From a virus: 64,000 bases of DNA. This document shows positions 7,531-16,187 of the stretch, in pieces. The notes below the pieces were generated by a model. That model made no database searches. It saw only the letters and a program-made list of their open reading frames with translations, and was not told the origin of the DNA. Positions within the stretch are counted from its first letter, which is position 1; the number at the start of each line of letters is the position of its first letter. Both the position numbers and the translations under genes were made by a program. The stretch lies in IMG/VR virus record IMGVR_UViG_3300044844_001004; one strand, written 5' to 3'.

Positions 7531-9792
7531 ATGCGACTCCTCCACCAGATCACAATTATCGCGGCAGCAACGCTGTGCTTGTTCTCTCAAAAGCCTGATT
7601 ACGTGCGTGATTTGAAAAATCAGCCAGGCATCCCATCCGAGGCGTTCAACTTCCCGGCGGTGTCGTTCAGCACCACGCTCGCAGGCGCCGCGGAGGAGAC
7701 GTTCACATTCTCTAAATGTCCGCTCGGGTTGAAAGGGACGAATTTAGGCCCGTCCCTAACGATCACTGGCGTGGCCAATAACGGGAGTGGTCTAATCCGT
7801 ATCACGACAACCGCCCTGAATCTAGGAAGCGGCCAAAGAGTTTTGATATCTGGGGTGGGAGGCGTAACGGCGGCGAACGGAAACTGGGCGATCACTCGCG
7901 TCACATCAACGACTTTTGACCTAATCGGTAGCACTTTTTCCGGCGTATATACGAGCGGAGGGACCGCCAAGCAGTTAATCCACCCACTATACCTTTCCGG
8001 CGGAGTTGGCACGGCTGAGACGATTTTCGTGAGTGGAGGGACGTGTACTGGGCTCGGTTCATCCGGCACGATCAAGGCGTGGGTTAGCAACTCGCATTCC
8101 GGAACCTACTCAATAGCGCCAGCTTTTGGCGGCGTTGTGGAGGCGCTGTGGTCCCAAACCGGGACTCGCCGCTTGGTGTATATGAGCCAACCGACGATAA
8201 TCGTTCATGGTCCGCTGTGGTTAACTAGCGACTTCACGTCTGATATTTTTGGGGCTGGCATATTCAGTACGGTGTTGAGCCGGGCAAGCGATTATGCCGC
8301 CGACATAATTATTGTCGACTCAGTTGGAACTGGATCTGCCTTACATACGCTTCACGATTTTTGGATTTTCGCTCCGTACTTCAACGGAAGGTCTACTTCA
8401 GCGGCGATCCGCATTAGAGGGCATACCTGTTGTGGCGCATACCTCAACAGGATTAGGATTTGGGACGAGATCACTGGCGTGTATATAGATGCGGCTGACG
8501 ATATTCACTTGGATGAAATTTCTTTTTTGCAAACAAGAGTTTCTAATGAGCAGCCTTTCGCCGGGGTATACGTTACTGGAGGATCTACGAGTGCTGGTGG
8601 AGCATCCAGCGGGTTGTATGTCAGCAATTCTGAGTTTTCAGTTTCAGAGGGATATATCACCTCTATGCCGACAATCTCAGGCGCCGTTAATAACGGATCA
8701 GGACTGATTCGGTTGACGACGAGCGCAAATGTCTTCACCACGAACGACTGGGTGACCGTGTTTGGTGTTGGCGGAACGACAGAGGCAAACGGCAGTTGGA
8801 AGGTAACCGTCATCAACTCCACCACCATCGACCTGCAGGGCAGCACCTTCACCAACGCCTACACGACTGGTGGCCGGGCGATGTTCCAGAAGGTTCTTCA
8901 AAACGGCATGTATATTGAGAGCGCTGACGGGACAGCTATAAGCAACACGGCGCTGCGGGGAGAATTCGGGCTTAGAATCAATCCGCCTGAAGTGCTTTCT
9001 GGGGTTTTATTCGACAATGGGGTAATCGATCGAGTGCGGTACTCTTCGGTAGCGATAGGTAGCGTTAATCCGAATCCGCAAGGGCAGGTTTCAATATCAA
9101 ACTCGTGGCTAGTCGGTAATTATTACCCATCGTATCCAGGAATACAAATTGACATGAGTAATGCCACCGAGGGCAGGTTCATCCTGTCTGGAAACGATAT
9201 AGCCAGCCACCAAGGCCATTGCGTTGAATTGATAAACTCGAAGGGCGTGAAGGTATTCGGTAATACCATCGGCACCTGTGATTTATCCGGCGGCGGAGGC
9301 GGTGGAGTTGCTGTTTTAACGGCAGCCACAGGGTTATCTGTTGTTGATAATACATTCCGCGACATCGCCTCTCTTGGATCAACGACCAACTGGTGGGGGT
9401 ACTTCAACTCCAATATCACGAATTCTCAGTTCGTGAACAACGTGATGTACACGCCGGCATCAAGTTCGTTCTTCGTCCAGGCCGGGACCAACTCAAACTT
9501 CCTGACTTCGCCGAATGTGCGCGTTGACACAATCCCGTCGACCACCGTTTCGGCAAACACGATCGCCATTCCAGTCACCGTTCCAGACGTTCTGCAGGTG
9601 ACCGGCGGCGGCACTGCCACGCGGATGACAGGCGGCTGGCCAAGCCAGCGCATCAAGGTGTGGACGCAGTCGGCCACCACGTTCAACACCGGCGGGACAA
9701 ACCCGGGAGACTTCGGCGGTGCCTACACCAGCACGGCGAACCAGTGGGTGAACTTCGAGATGGCGAGCGACGGGAAGTGGTACCGGCAGTAG
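7531..9792 (+). CDS. beta-helix tailspike/fibre-like protein with N-terminal signal-like helix and an internal 69-aa duplication
   Basis: 753 aa from ATG 7531 (MRLLHQITIIAAATLCLFSQ). A module at 7762-7968 is repeated at 8674-8880, with about half of 69 positions identical by hand alignment. The C-terminal half has parallel beta-helix-like repeats (NGVIDR.., LSGNDIASHQGH.., FGNTIG.., VVDNTFRD..). Confidence 0.7.
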   Translation: MRLLHQITIIAAATLCLFSQKPDYVRDLKNQPGIPSEAFNFPAVSFSTTLAGAAEETFTFSKCPLGLKGTNLGPSLTITGVANNGSGLIRITTTALNLGSGQRVLISGVGGVTAANGNWAITRVTSTTFDLIGSTFSGVYTSGGTAKQLIHPLYLSGGVGTAETIFVSGGTCTGLGSSGTIKAWVSNSHSGTYSIAPAFGGVVEALWSQTGTRRLVYMSQPTIIVHGPLWLTSDFTSDIFGAGIFSTVLSRASDYAADIIIVDSVGTGSALHTLHDFWIFAPYFNGRSTSAAIRIRGHTCCGAYLNRIRIWDEITGVYIDAADDIHLDEISFLQTRVSNEQPFAGVYVTGGSTSAGGASSGLYVSNSEFSVSEGYITSMPTISGAVNNGSGLIRLTTSANVFTTNDWVTVFGVGGTTEANGSWKVTVINSTTIDLQGSTFTNAYTTGGRAMFQKVLQNGMYIESADGTAISNTALRGEFGLRINPPEVLSGVLFDNGVIDRVRYSSVAIGSVNPNPQGQVSISNSWLVGNYYPSYPGIQIDMSNATEGRFILSGNDIASHQGHCVELINSKGVKVFGNTIGTCDLSGGGGGGVAVLTAATGLSVVDNTFRDIASLGSTTNWWGYFNSNITNSQFVNNVMYTPASSSFFVQAGTNSNFLTSPNVRVDTIPSTTVSANTIAIPVTVPDVLQVTGGGTATRMTGGWPSQRIKVWTQSATTFNTGGTNPGDFGGAYTSTANQWVNFEMASDGKWYRQ

Positions 9793-9793
9793 G

Positions 9794-11632
9794 ATGGCCG
9801 AACGCCAACTATTCACGATCTACGACGCCAACGGCGAGGTTCTGTGGCGCGCGCAGGCTGGGCCCCAGCAGGATTTATTTGATCTCACGCTGAACCCGCA
9901 TGTGCAGGCTCAGGAAATCCTCCTGGGTGGAGCCAGGTCTGGAGGAAAAACAGAGGCGTTGATCGCGTGGATGACCATTCATATCGACAAGCCGCTGTAT
10001 CGCGGGCTGATCCTTCGCAAGACGGCCGAGTCTTTGAAGGAATTCTGCGATCGCGCTTGGCAGCTGTACGAGAAGATGGGGGCGAAGCGCGAGGGCCGGC
10101 CAACGGAATTCGTGTTCCCCTCCGGCGCCCGCATCTACACGAACCACTTCAAGGACGAGAGGTCCCTCGAAGACGTCAAGGGTCACGAATACCACCTCAT
10201 CGGCTTGGAAGAAGCCACGCAGATCGAAAAAGAGGTGATGTACGAACAACTCCTCGGTTCGAACCGTAGCACTGTTCCCGGGATTCGCGCCGCCATTCTG
10301 CTGACGACGAACCCGGATGGCCCGGGCAATTACTGGATCAAGAAGCGTTTCGTACAGGTCACCATTGATGGAATTCCGGTGGCAGCGAAGCAGCCGTTCC
10401 GAGGGAAGAACAAAAAAGTGCGGGTGTTCATCCCTGCCAGGATCACCGACAACCTCATCATGATGGAGCGGGATCCGTCGTTCTTCCACCAGTTGGCTGG
10501 CATGGAGAACGAGGCCCTGCGGCGGGCGTGGTTCCTCGGCGACTGGGATTGCCAGGAAGGAACGATGTTCCCGGAGTTCCGGCCGACTGGTCCGCGCGAC
10601 AGGGAGCCGGAGCGGGCGAACCACGTGATCCCCGCCAGGTCGCTTCCGCCGTGGTGCCACCGGTGGGCCTCTCTCGATTGGGGCTTCGCTCACCATGCCG
10701 CGGCGTATTGGTTTGGAAACGAGCTGGACAGGCGAACCCACGTCTACCGGGAGATGGTCGTTCGCGGCGTCGGCGCCGAAGAGTTGGGGATGGAGTTCGC
10801 CAGGCGCACGATGCCAGACCTGGAAGGGATGTCGGAGCCGTCGATTACGCTCTACTTCTCGCATGAGCAGTTCAGCGTGAAGAACAGCGGGAAGTCGGTG
10901 GCGGAGCAACTGGCCACCGGTATCGACCGCATCCTTGGCCCAGGGAGTTGCTTTCTCGTGGCGAAGACAGAGCAGGAACGGTTGAGTGCAGAGGCCGGCG
11001 AGGACGCCGTCGTCGCCAACGAGATGTTCGCGGAGCGGTTCCGGGACCAGTACAGCAAGGCGAAGATCGTTCTCCGCCGGTCTTCTTCCGATCGAGTCGC
11101 CCAGGCCAACGTGGCTCGCGACTTCTTGAAGTGGCGCCACATCGTCGAGAAGGTCGAGCCGGATATGGCCTATGCTCGCAAGCTCCTCGAAATGCCTCAA
11201 GGGAACCTCAAGTACCTCTCCTACATGGCGAAGTTTGAGGACCAGCAGGAGCAAATACCGCTGCCGCGCCTGCAGATTCACGATTGCTGCCGTATCCTAA
11301 TCCAGACGATCCCACTTCTCCGGCCTGACCCGAAAGACCTGGAAAAAGTAAAGAAGTTCCACGGCGACCCCGACAGAGATACAATCGGCGATGACCCTTG
11401 GGATGCGCTCTCGTATGGACTTATGGGAGCATCAGAGCAGCAGAACGTCATCCCTCGGGGCGAGTTCATCGCGAAAGAAGTTCTCCGGCAAGTCGGGAAA
11501 GACGCCGATATCAACTTGAAAATCCAGGTGGCGATCGCAGCCGCCACGCGGTACAACAAAGACAATTCCGAGAATGTGATCCACGCGAGTTTCACTCGTG
11601 ATGCAATGAGGACAAGATGGCAGCCAAATTGA
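9794..11632 (+). CDS. terL: terminase large subunit
   Basis: 612 aa with a Walker A-like motif (LLGGARSGGKTEALIAW). Size and position directly upstream of the portal gene fit TerL. Confidence 0.9.
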   Translation: MAERQLFTIYDANGEVLWRAQAGPQQDLFDLTLNPHVQAQEILLGGARSGGKTEALIAWMTIHIDKPLYRGLILRKTAESLKEFCDRAWQLYEKMGAKREGRPTEFVFPSGARIYTNHFKDERSLEDVKGHEYHLIGLEEATQIEKEVMYEQLLGSNRSTVPGIRAAILLTTNPDGPGNYWIKKRFVQVTIDGIPVAAKQPFRGKNKKVRVFIPARITDNLIMMERDPSFFHQLAGMENEALRRAWFLGDWDCQEGTMFPEFRPTGPRDREPERANHVIPARSLPPWCHRWASLDWGFAHHAAAYWFGNELDRRTHVYREMVVRGVGAEELGMEFARRTMPDLEGMSEPSITLYFSHEQFSVKNSGKSVAEQLATGIDRILGPGSCFLVAKTEQERLSAEAGEDAVVANEMFAERFRDQYSKAKIVLRRSSSDRVAQANVARDFLKWRHIVEKVEPDMAYARKLLEMPQGNLKYLSYMAKFEDQQEQIPLPRLQIHDCCRILIQTIPLLRPDPKDLEKVKKFHGDPDRDTIGDDPWDALSYGLMGASEQQNVIPRGEFIAKEVLRQVGKDADINLKIQVAIAAATRYNKDNSENVIHASFTRDAMRTRWQPN

Positions 11633-11925
11633 TGAACATGACCAAAGGCAAGCCCAGCGGGCTGCCATTTGATATCGAGGGCCCCGGCGATGAGATGGCC
11701 GGCGGGGAGATGCGTTCAGCCGGTGGTGGCCAGATCCCAGGCTACGTTGGGCCGTGGGAACATTGCGCCGCCTGCGAGTATTTCGACGGCGAAAAATCAA
11801 TGTGCAAGAAATTCAACGCGCCATGCGACATGGACGGCGGGTGCCCGGCGTTCGAAGCGGCCGATAGCGAAGGCGAGATGGAAGACGAGGGCGCCGAGAT
11901 GATGGGGGCGGGAGAAGATGAGTGA
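11617..11925 (+). CDS. hypothetical acidic Cys-rich protein (102 aa)
   Basis: Track ORF overlapping the terL end by 16 nt. It contains CAACEYFDGEKSMCKKFNAPCDMDGGCPAFE and an acidic tail. Confidence 0.6.
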   Translation: MAAKLMNMTKGKPSGLPFDIEGPGDEMAGGEMRSAGGGQIPGYVGPWEHCAACEYFDGEKSMCKKFNAPCDMDGGCPAFEAADSEGEMEDEGAEMMGAGEDE

Positions 11926-12103
11926 TGTGGACTTCGTTCTTGAACTTCGCGACGAGGGCCCGAACGCTGTTCGGGTTTTCAAAGACGGCGAGCAAACCGG
12001 AATCGGAATCCATTTCGACCGTCCTCCAACCGACCGAGAGCGGAGACAGTTTTTGGATGCGTGTCGGCAGCATTTTTCAGGGCCGCCGGCTCCGCCAGCT
12101 TGA
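11918..12103 (+). CDS. hypothetical protein (61 aa)
   Basis: Track ORF with an 8-nt overlap with the previous gene. It overlaps the next call in another frame. Confidence 0.4.
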   Translation: MSDVDFVLELRDEGPNAVRVFKDGEQTGIGIHFDRPPTDRERRQFLDACRQHFSGPPAPPA

Positions 12104-12437
12104 AGCCGACCTGGCTGAGTCCAGGGAAGCGCGCCGGCTGATCGAGGGGCAGGTAATGGCCCAGCGCGGAGAGATCGCGCGCCTCGCGTCAATGCTTGAG
12201 ACGGCGCAGGAGAACGAGCGATCGCTATTCCAGATGCACGTCAATATCGACACGCAGACGCGATACGGGTTCGTGCCGTTCCCGGGAGCGCCGTCGATCC
12301 CCACAGAAATCTACAAGGCCGCCGCCGAGGCGCCGGTCCAGATCGAATCGAATTACGTGAACCTGCAATCGGTACGCGCACAACGGAACAGCGAGTTTAT
12401 CGCCAGCGTCCGAAGGCTGACCGCGGAAGGAAATTGA
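12057..12437 (+). CDS. hypothetical coiled-coil protein (126 aa)
   Basis: Internal ATG of track ORF 11922..12437. A coiled-coil-like stretch (LRQLEADLAESREARRLIEGQ...) is present. It ends 1 nt before the portal start. Confidence 0.5.
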   Translation: MRVGSIFQGRRLRQLEADLAESREARRLIEGQVMAQRGEIARLASMLETAQENERSLFQMHVNIDTQTRYGFVPFPGAPSIPTEIYKAAAEAPVQIESNYVNLQSVRAQRNSEFIASVRRLTAEGN

Positions 12438-12438
12438 A

Positions 12439-14706
12439 ATGGGACCAACTGGCGCCACTGAAATCGACGAGAAGGCGGTAATTGAATCGATCGGCGAGAA
12501 GCTGAAGGAAGTCGTCTACAAGGAACTGGAATTGCCAGCGGAGCCAAACCGACAGGCGCAGATATCCCTCGCGAAGCGGAATCTCCTGTACATGCAGGGG
12601 AAGCAATACCTGTTCCCGCAGATGGCGTCGGACGGCAGATCCTACGACTGGAAGCCGGTTCAGGTCGAGGAGCGGGACGGCAAGAAGCGTACGTTCTCGT
12701 CGACCTACAACATTGTCTCCGCCGATGGCGTTAAGTACGTGGCGATCGTCGGGCAGCGCGCGCCGAACATCAAGGCGGTCCCGCTCGACCCGTGGGCTTC
12801 GAATCAACTCCGCATGGCCGATGACGCGCAGACTGCGACGATGCACTTGCACCGCCTCTGGGATATTCGGCGCCGGCAACGCGAGATCGCGTTCTACCAG
12901 TGGTCGACGTCGGCCGTATTTCTGCATACCCGGTACAACGCCAACGGGCTGAAGTATGGGGAGGAAAGCCTTCCGGTGATGGAGATGCGGGAGGTGGAGA
13001 TTCGGCCGGCCGGGATGATGTGCTATGTCTGCGGAGCGGTCGCCAACCAACTTCAGTGCGACCAGTGTGGGGCGAGCGTGCGGCCGGAGTCCTACCAGCC
13101 AGCGATCACGGTCGAGGTTCCGTACGAAGCTGGCCAGCAGAAGTATCCGAAAGGCGAGGTGGAGTTGGAGATTCTGACCACCTTCGACGTCGGGCACACC
13201 TTTGGCGCTAAGATCCTTGAGGATTGCCAGTTCGTCACGATCGACCTGATGAAGCCGCAATGGATGCTGAAGTCCCTGTACAACCTGCCGGATGATTTTA
13301 CGCAGGACTCCGACATGGGCCGCGGCACTCCGATGGATGCCGAGTTGGCGAAGGAAACCGTCGAGTCTCCCAACGGCGTGCCGTGCTTCGACAAGTCTTC
13401 AGGGCTCGTCCTTGAGAGCCGGAAGTACGTCCGTCCGGATGTTTACCACGCGCTCACTAAAACTGATCGCGACGAGATGATAAAGCAGTTCCCGACAGGC
13501 GTTCTCATGACCATCGTAGGGAGCAAAGTGGTCCGGATGGAGCACAAGTGCATGGACGATTACCTGTCCATCTGCAAGACCGGCACGGGCCCATACATCA
13601 GTGACCCGCCGCTCTGCCAGGGCATTATTCCCATCCAGGACGACTTGAACGACGCGGTCAATCTCGGCAAGGAAACCTTGCTGCGCATGATCCCGAAAAC
13701 GATGGTCGACTCGACGCTCCTGAGTCCGCAGCACATCAAGGAAGCTGAATCGCTCGTCGGAGAGCTCGTGCGCGTGAAGATCCAAGGCGGCCAGTCAATC
13801 GGCTCCCTGTACGGCCAGTTGCCAGTTGCCAAGATGAGCGACCAAATGATGCCGTTCATTGAGTGGCAGCGCAACATGAGCCGGGAGATCGACGGCATGC
13901 AGCCGGCAGTCTACGGCGGCGGGACACCGGCCAATACATTCCGCGGCGAGAACCAGCGGAAGAATCAGGCGCTCGCGCAACTGCAGCCAGGATTCGATGA
14001 ACTCCAGTCCTGCGTGCGTATCGCCACGAAAAACGGAATCAAGGAAATGGCGCGGTACAAGAGCGGGGAAATCTTCGTTCCCAGCAATAACCCGATGACG
14101 CCGACGCGCCGGATGGTCGTCGACAATCTACAGTTGGACGGATGGGATCTGCAGTCGGAAGAATCGGCACCGGTGACGGTGGCCGAGAAACAGGAGCGCA
14201 TCACTGGCATTTCGCAGGAGAATCCTGACCTTGCCAACGTGCTCGGGTTTAGCCACCCGATGAACATTGAGCAGATGCAGCGCATCTTCGGCGTCGAGGG
14301 CTTCTACACCCCGGGCGCCGCCCAGTTCAAGAAGTGCCTCGCGCAGATCCAGTTACTCCTGCAGGAACAACCGATCGACGAGTTCGATCCGATGACCGGC
14401 ATGCCCACGCGGATGCCGTCGCAGATGCCAGACCCGTACGAGTTCAAAGACGCGATGTTCATGTCCGAGGTCTTCCGTGCATGGGTCTTGTCAGACGTCG
14501 GGCAGGATATGGCCGAGTCCAACCCTGTTGGCCTGGAGAACGTGAAACTGTTCGGCGGCCAGTTGGACTTGATGGCAGCGCCTCCCATGCTCCCGCCGGA
14601 AGAGGGAGGTGGCGAGCAAGCCCCAGCGCCACCTCCACAGGGCGAGCCGGATCTACCTCCAGGCCCCAATGATTTCGGTCCTGGAGCGATGCCAACTGAA
14701 ATCTGA
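12439..14706 (+). CDS. portal protein (755 aa) with zinc-ribbon insertion
   Basis: Called from size and its position between terL and the scaffold/capsid genes. It contains CYVCGAVANQLQCDQCGA and a proline-rich acidic C-terminus. Confidence 0.65.
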   Translation: MGPTGATEIDEKAVIESIGEKLKEVVYKELELPAEPNRQAQISLAKRNLLYMQGKQYLFPQMASDGRSYDWKPVQVEERDGKKRTFSSTYNIVSADGVKYVAIVGQRAPNIKAVPLDPWASNQLRMADDAQTATMHLHRLWDIRRRQREIAFYQWSTSAVFLHTRYNANGLKYGEESLPVMEMREVEIRPAGMMCYVCGAVANQLQCDQCGASVRPESYQPAITVEVPYEAGQQKYPKGEVELEILTTFDVGHTFGAKILEDCQFVTIDLMKPQWMLKSLYNLPDDFTQDSDMGRGTPMDAELAKETVESPNGVPCFDKSSGLVLESRKYVRPDVYHALTKTDRDEMIKQFPTGVLMTIVGSKVVRMEHKCMDDYLSICKTGTGPYISDPPLCQGIIPIQDDLNDAVNLGKETLLRMIPKTMVDSTLLSPQHIKEAESLVGELVRVKIQGGQSIGSLYGQLPVAKMSDQMMPFIEWQRNMSREIDGMQPAVYGGGTPANTFRGENQRKNQALAQLQPGFDELQSCVRIATKNGIKEMARYKSGEIFVPSNNPMTPTRRMVVDNLQLDGWDLQSEESAPVTVAEKQERITGISQENPDLANVLGFSHPMNIEQMQRIFGVEGFYTPGAAQFKKCLAQIQLLLQEQPIDEFDPMTGMPTRMPSQMPDPYEFKDAMFMSEVFRAWVLSDVGQDMAESNPVGLENVKLFGGQLDLMAAPPMLPPEEGGGEQAPAPPPQGEPDLPPGPNDFGPGAMPTEI

Positions 14707-14732
14707 AATTTCAGATATCTGGCACCTGAAAT
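14696..14732. promoter_or_regulatory. CTGAAAT repeats including the perfect palindrome CTGAAATTTCAG
   Basis: CTGAAAT occurs at 14696, 14703 and 14726, and CTGAAAC at 14755. The 12-bp palindrome at 14703-14714 overlaps the portal stop codon. Confidence 0.35.
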
Positions 14733-14791
14733 TTAATGTTCGAAAAGGTGTAGACTGAAACCAATCGCTGAACAGCGAAAGGATTTCCCGA

Positions 14792-16162
14792 ATGCCAGAA
14801 CTTGATGGTGGACTTGACTCGATGATAGACGCGGCCTTCGATGCCGCTGCGGTTTCTACGTCGACCGCCGCCGCTACCGAAAGGTTGAGCGATACGCCGG
14901 CTCCGGCCGCCGATCCAGTGAAAGATACCGCCGTCGACGAGCCTGCCGTCGCAGATGAGCCGATTGACGAGATTCCGGAACCGGTGGTGGATGAGCCGGG
15001 CGCCGATGACCCCGCAGCGCCTCCGGCCGATGATGCGCCGAAGGATACGGTCGATGACCTCCCGGAAGACGCCGTCGTGCGCGTCGGCCGCAACGGGAAA
15101 GAGGAAGTCGTTTACTCGAAGCCTCGCGGCATGGCGATCTATGCTGGCTACAAGACCGCCCAAGCGGCGGCTGAGATTCTTGGGGAGCCGTTGACGCCGG
15201 AAGCGATGTCGACTCGTCAGACGTCGCACGAGTGGCTTTCCGCGCAGAACATGGACGCGATCAGCCCGAACGTCAAAGAGCAGGGCTACGTCTTCGCCAA
15301 CCTCTTCCGCACGGCCGCCGAAGCGATCTCCCGCGGTGAAATTTCACACGACCCGCTGGAAACGATGGGCGAGGCGTTCCTCAACACGATGGCGCAGGTG
15401 TCGCCGGAGAACCACCAGCGCACGGTCAACTTCGTTCTGAACCAGCACATCCAGCAGATGTACGACGAGGCCGCCCAGAGCGGCGACGTTAAATTGCTCA
15501 AGACGGCCCAGAACCTAGACTACAAGCTGAACAACACGTTCCTCAAAGACGAGGACATGCGGACGCGCACCAAGCCGACCGTCGATTCCCGCGAGCAGGA
15601 TCTTCGCCAGCGCGAGCAAAACATCGCGCAGCACCAGCGCCAGCAGCAGAAGGCTGCATGGGAAGGCTGGAACACGGGGACCAAGTCCTCAATTCAGCAG
15701 TCCGTTGACTCGGCTGTTAATGAGGCGATCCCAGCGGAACTCCGCAAATCTTTTGAGTCCTCCCCGGAGGGCAAGGACCGGTTGGCGAATACCATCCGAC
15801 TCCTGAACGTCGAAATTCGCGAGGCGTTGAACGGTGACCAGAAATGGGTTGCCGCCACCCGCGATCTGTATACACGCGCAAGTCGCGCCGCATCCGAAGA
15901 GGTGCGCGAGTCTCTGCGTACGCAAATCGTCCAGCGGTATCAAGCCCGGGCACGACAGGTCATCGCCGCGAACGCGGCCAAGATCATCGGCGCCCAGAGT
16001 GCCGGCCTGAAAACGGCCAATGCCGCAAAGCACAACAAACTCGCCGAGGCCCAGCAGCAGAAAAACACCCCCGGTACTGGCACGCCAGCGCCGCGCCGTG
16101 TTCCGCAGGGCGAGGGGAGACAGCGGACGTGGGAAGAACAGGTCGATGCCGTTTTCGGGTAG
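14792..16162 (+). CDS. scaffolding-like protein
   Basis: 456 aa between the portal and capsid genes. It has an acidic P/A/D-rich N-terminus and a long helical Q/E/K/R-rich body. Confidence 0.55.
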   Translation: MPELDGGLDSMIDAAFDAAAVSTSTAAATERLSDTPAPAADPVKDTAVDEPAVADEPIDEIPEPVVDEPGADDPAAPPADDAPKDTVDDLPEDAVVRVGRNGKEEVVYSKPRGMAIYAGYKTAQAAAEILGEPLTPEAMSTRQTSHEWLSAQNMDAISPNVKEQGYVFANLFRTAAEAISRGEISHDPLETMGEAFLNTMAQVSPENHQRTVNFVLNQHIQQMYDEAAQSGDVKLLKTAQNLDYKLNNTFLKDEDMRTRTKPTVDSREQDLRQREQNIAQHQRQQQKAAWEGWNTGTKSSIQQSVDSAVNEAIPAELRKSFESSPEGKDRLANTIRLLNVEIREALNGDQKWVAATRDLYTRASRAASEEVRESLRTQIVQRYQARARQVIAANAAKIIGAQSAGLKTANAAKHNKLAEAQQQKNTPGTGTPAPRRVPQGEGRQRTWEEQVDAVFG

Positions 16163-16187
16163 ACCACCTCACGTCGGGAGATAAATC

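Noticed and set aside
10255-10266. CGGTTCGAACCG, which resembles a tRNA T-arm.
   Set aside because: It lies inside terL, is a simple palindrome, and the surrounding sequence gives no cloverleaf. I found no tRNA anywhere else by eye.
9875-11281. A 468-aa minus-strand ORF inside terL.
   Set aside because: It mirrors a well-supported gene. Its Arg/Leu/Pro/Gly-rich composition is typical of shadow ORFs in GC-rich DNA, and it has no motif or coupling context.
11922-12056. The N-terminal 45 codons of track ORF 11922..12437.
   Set aside because: The composition is implausible (MMWTSFLNFATRARTLFGF...). It overlaps the better-looking ORF 11918..12103 in another frame, so I prefer the internal ATG at 12057.
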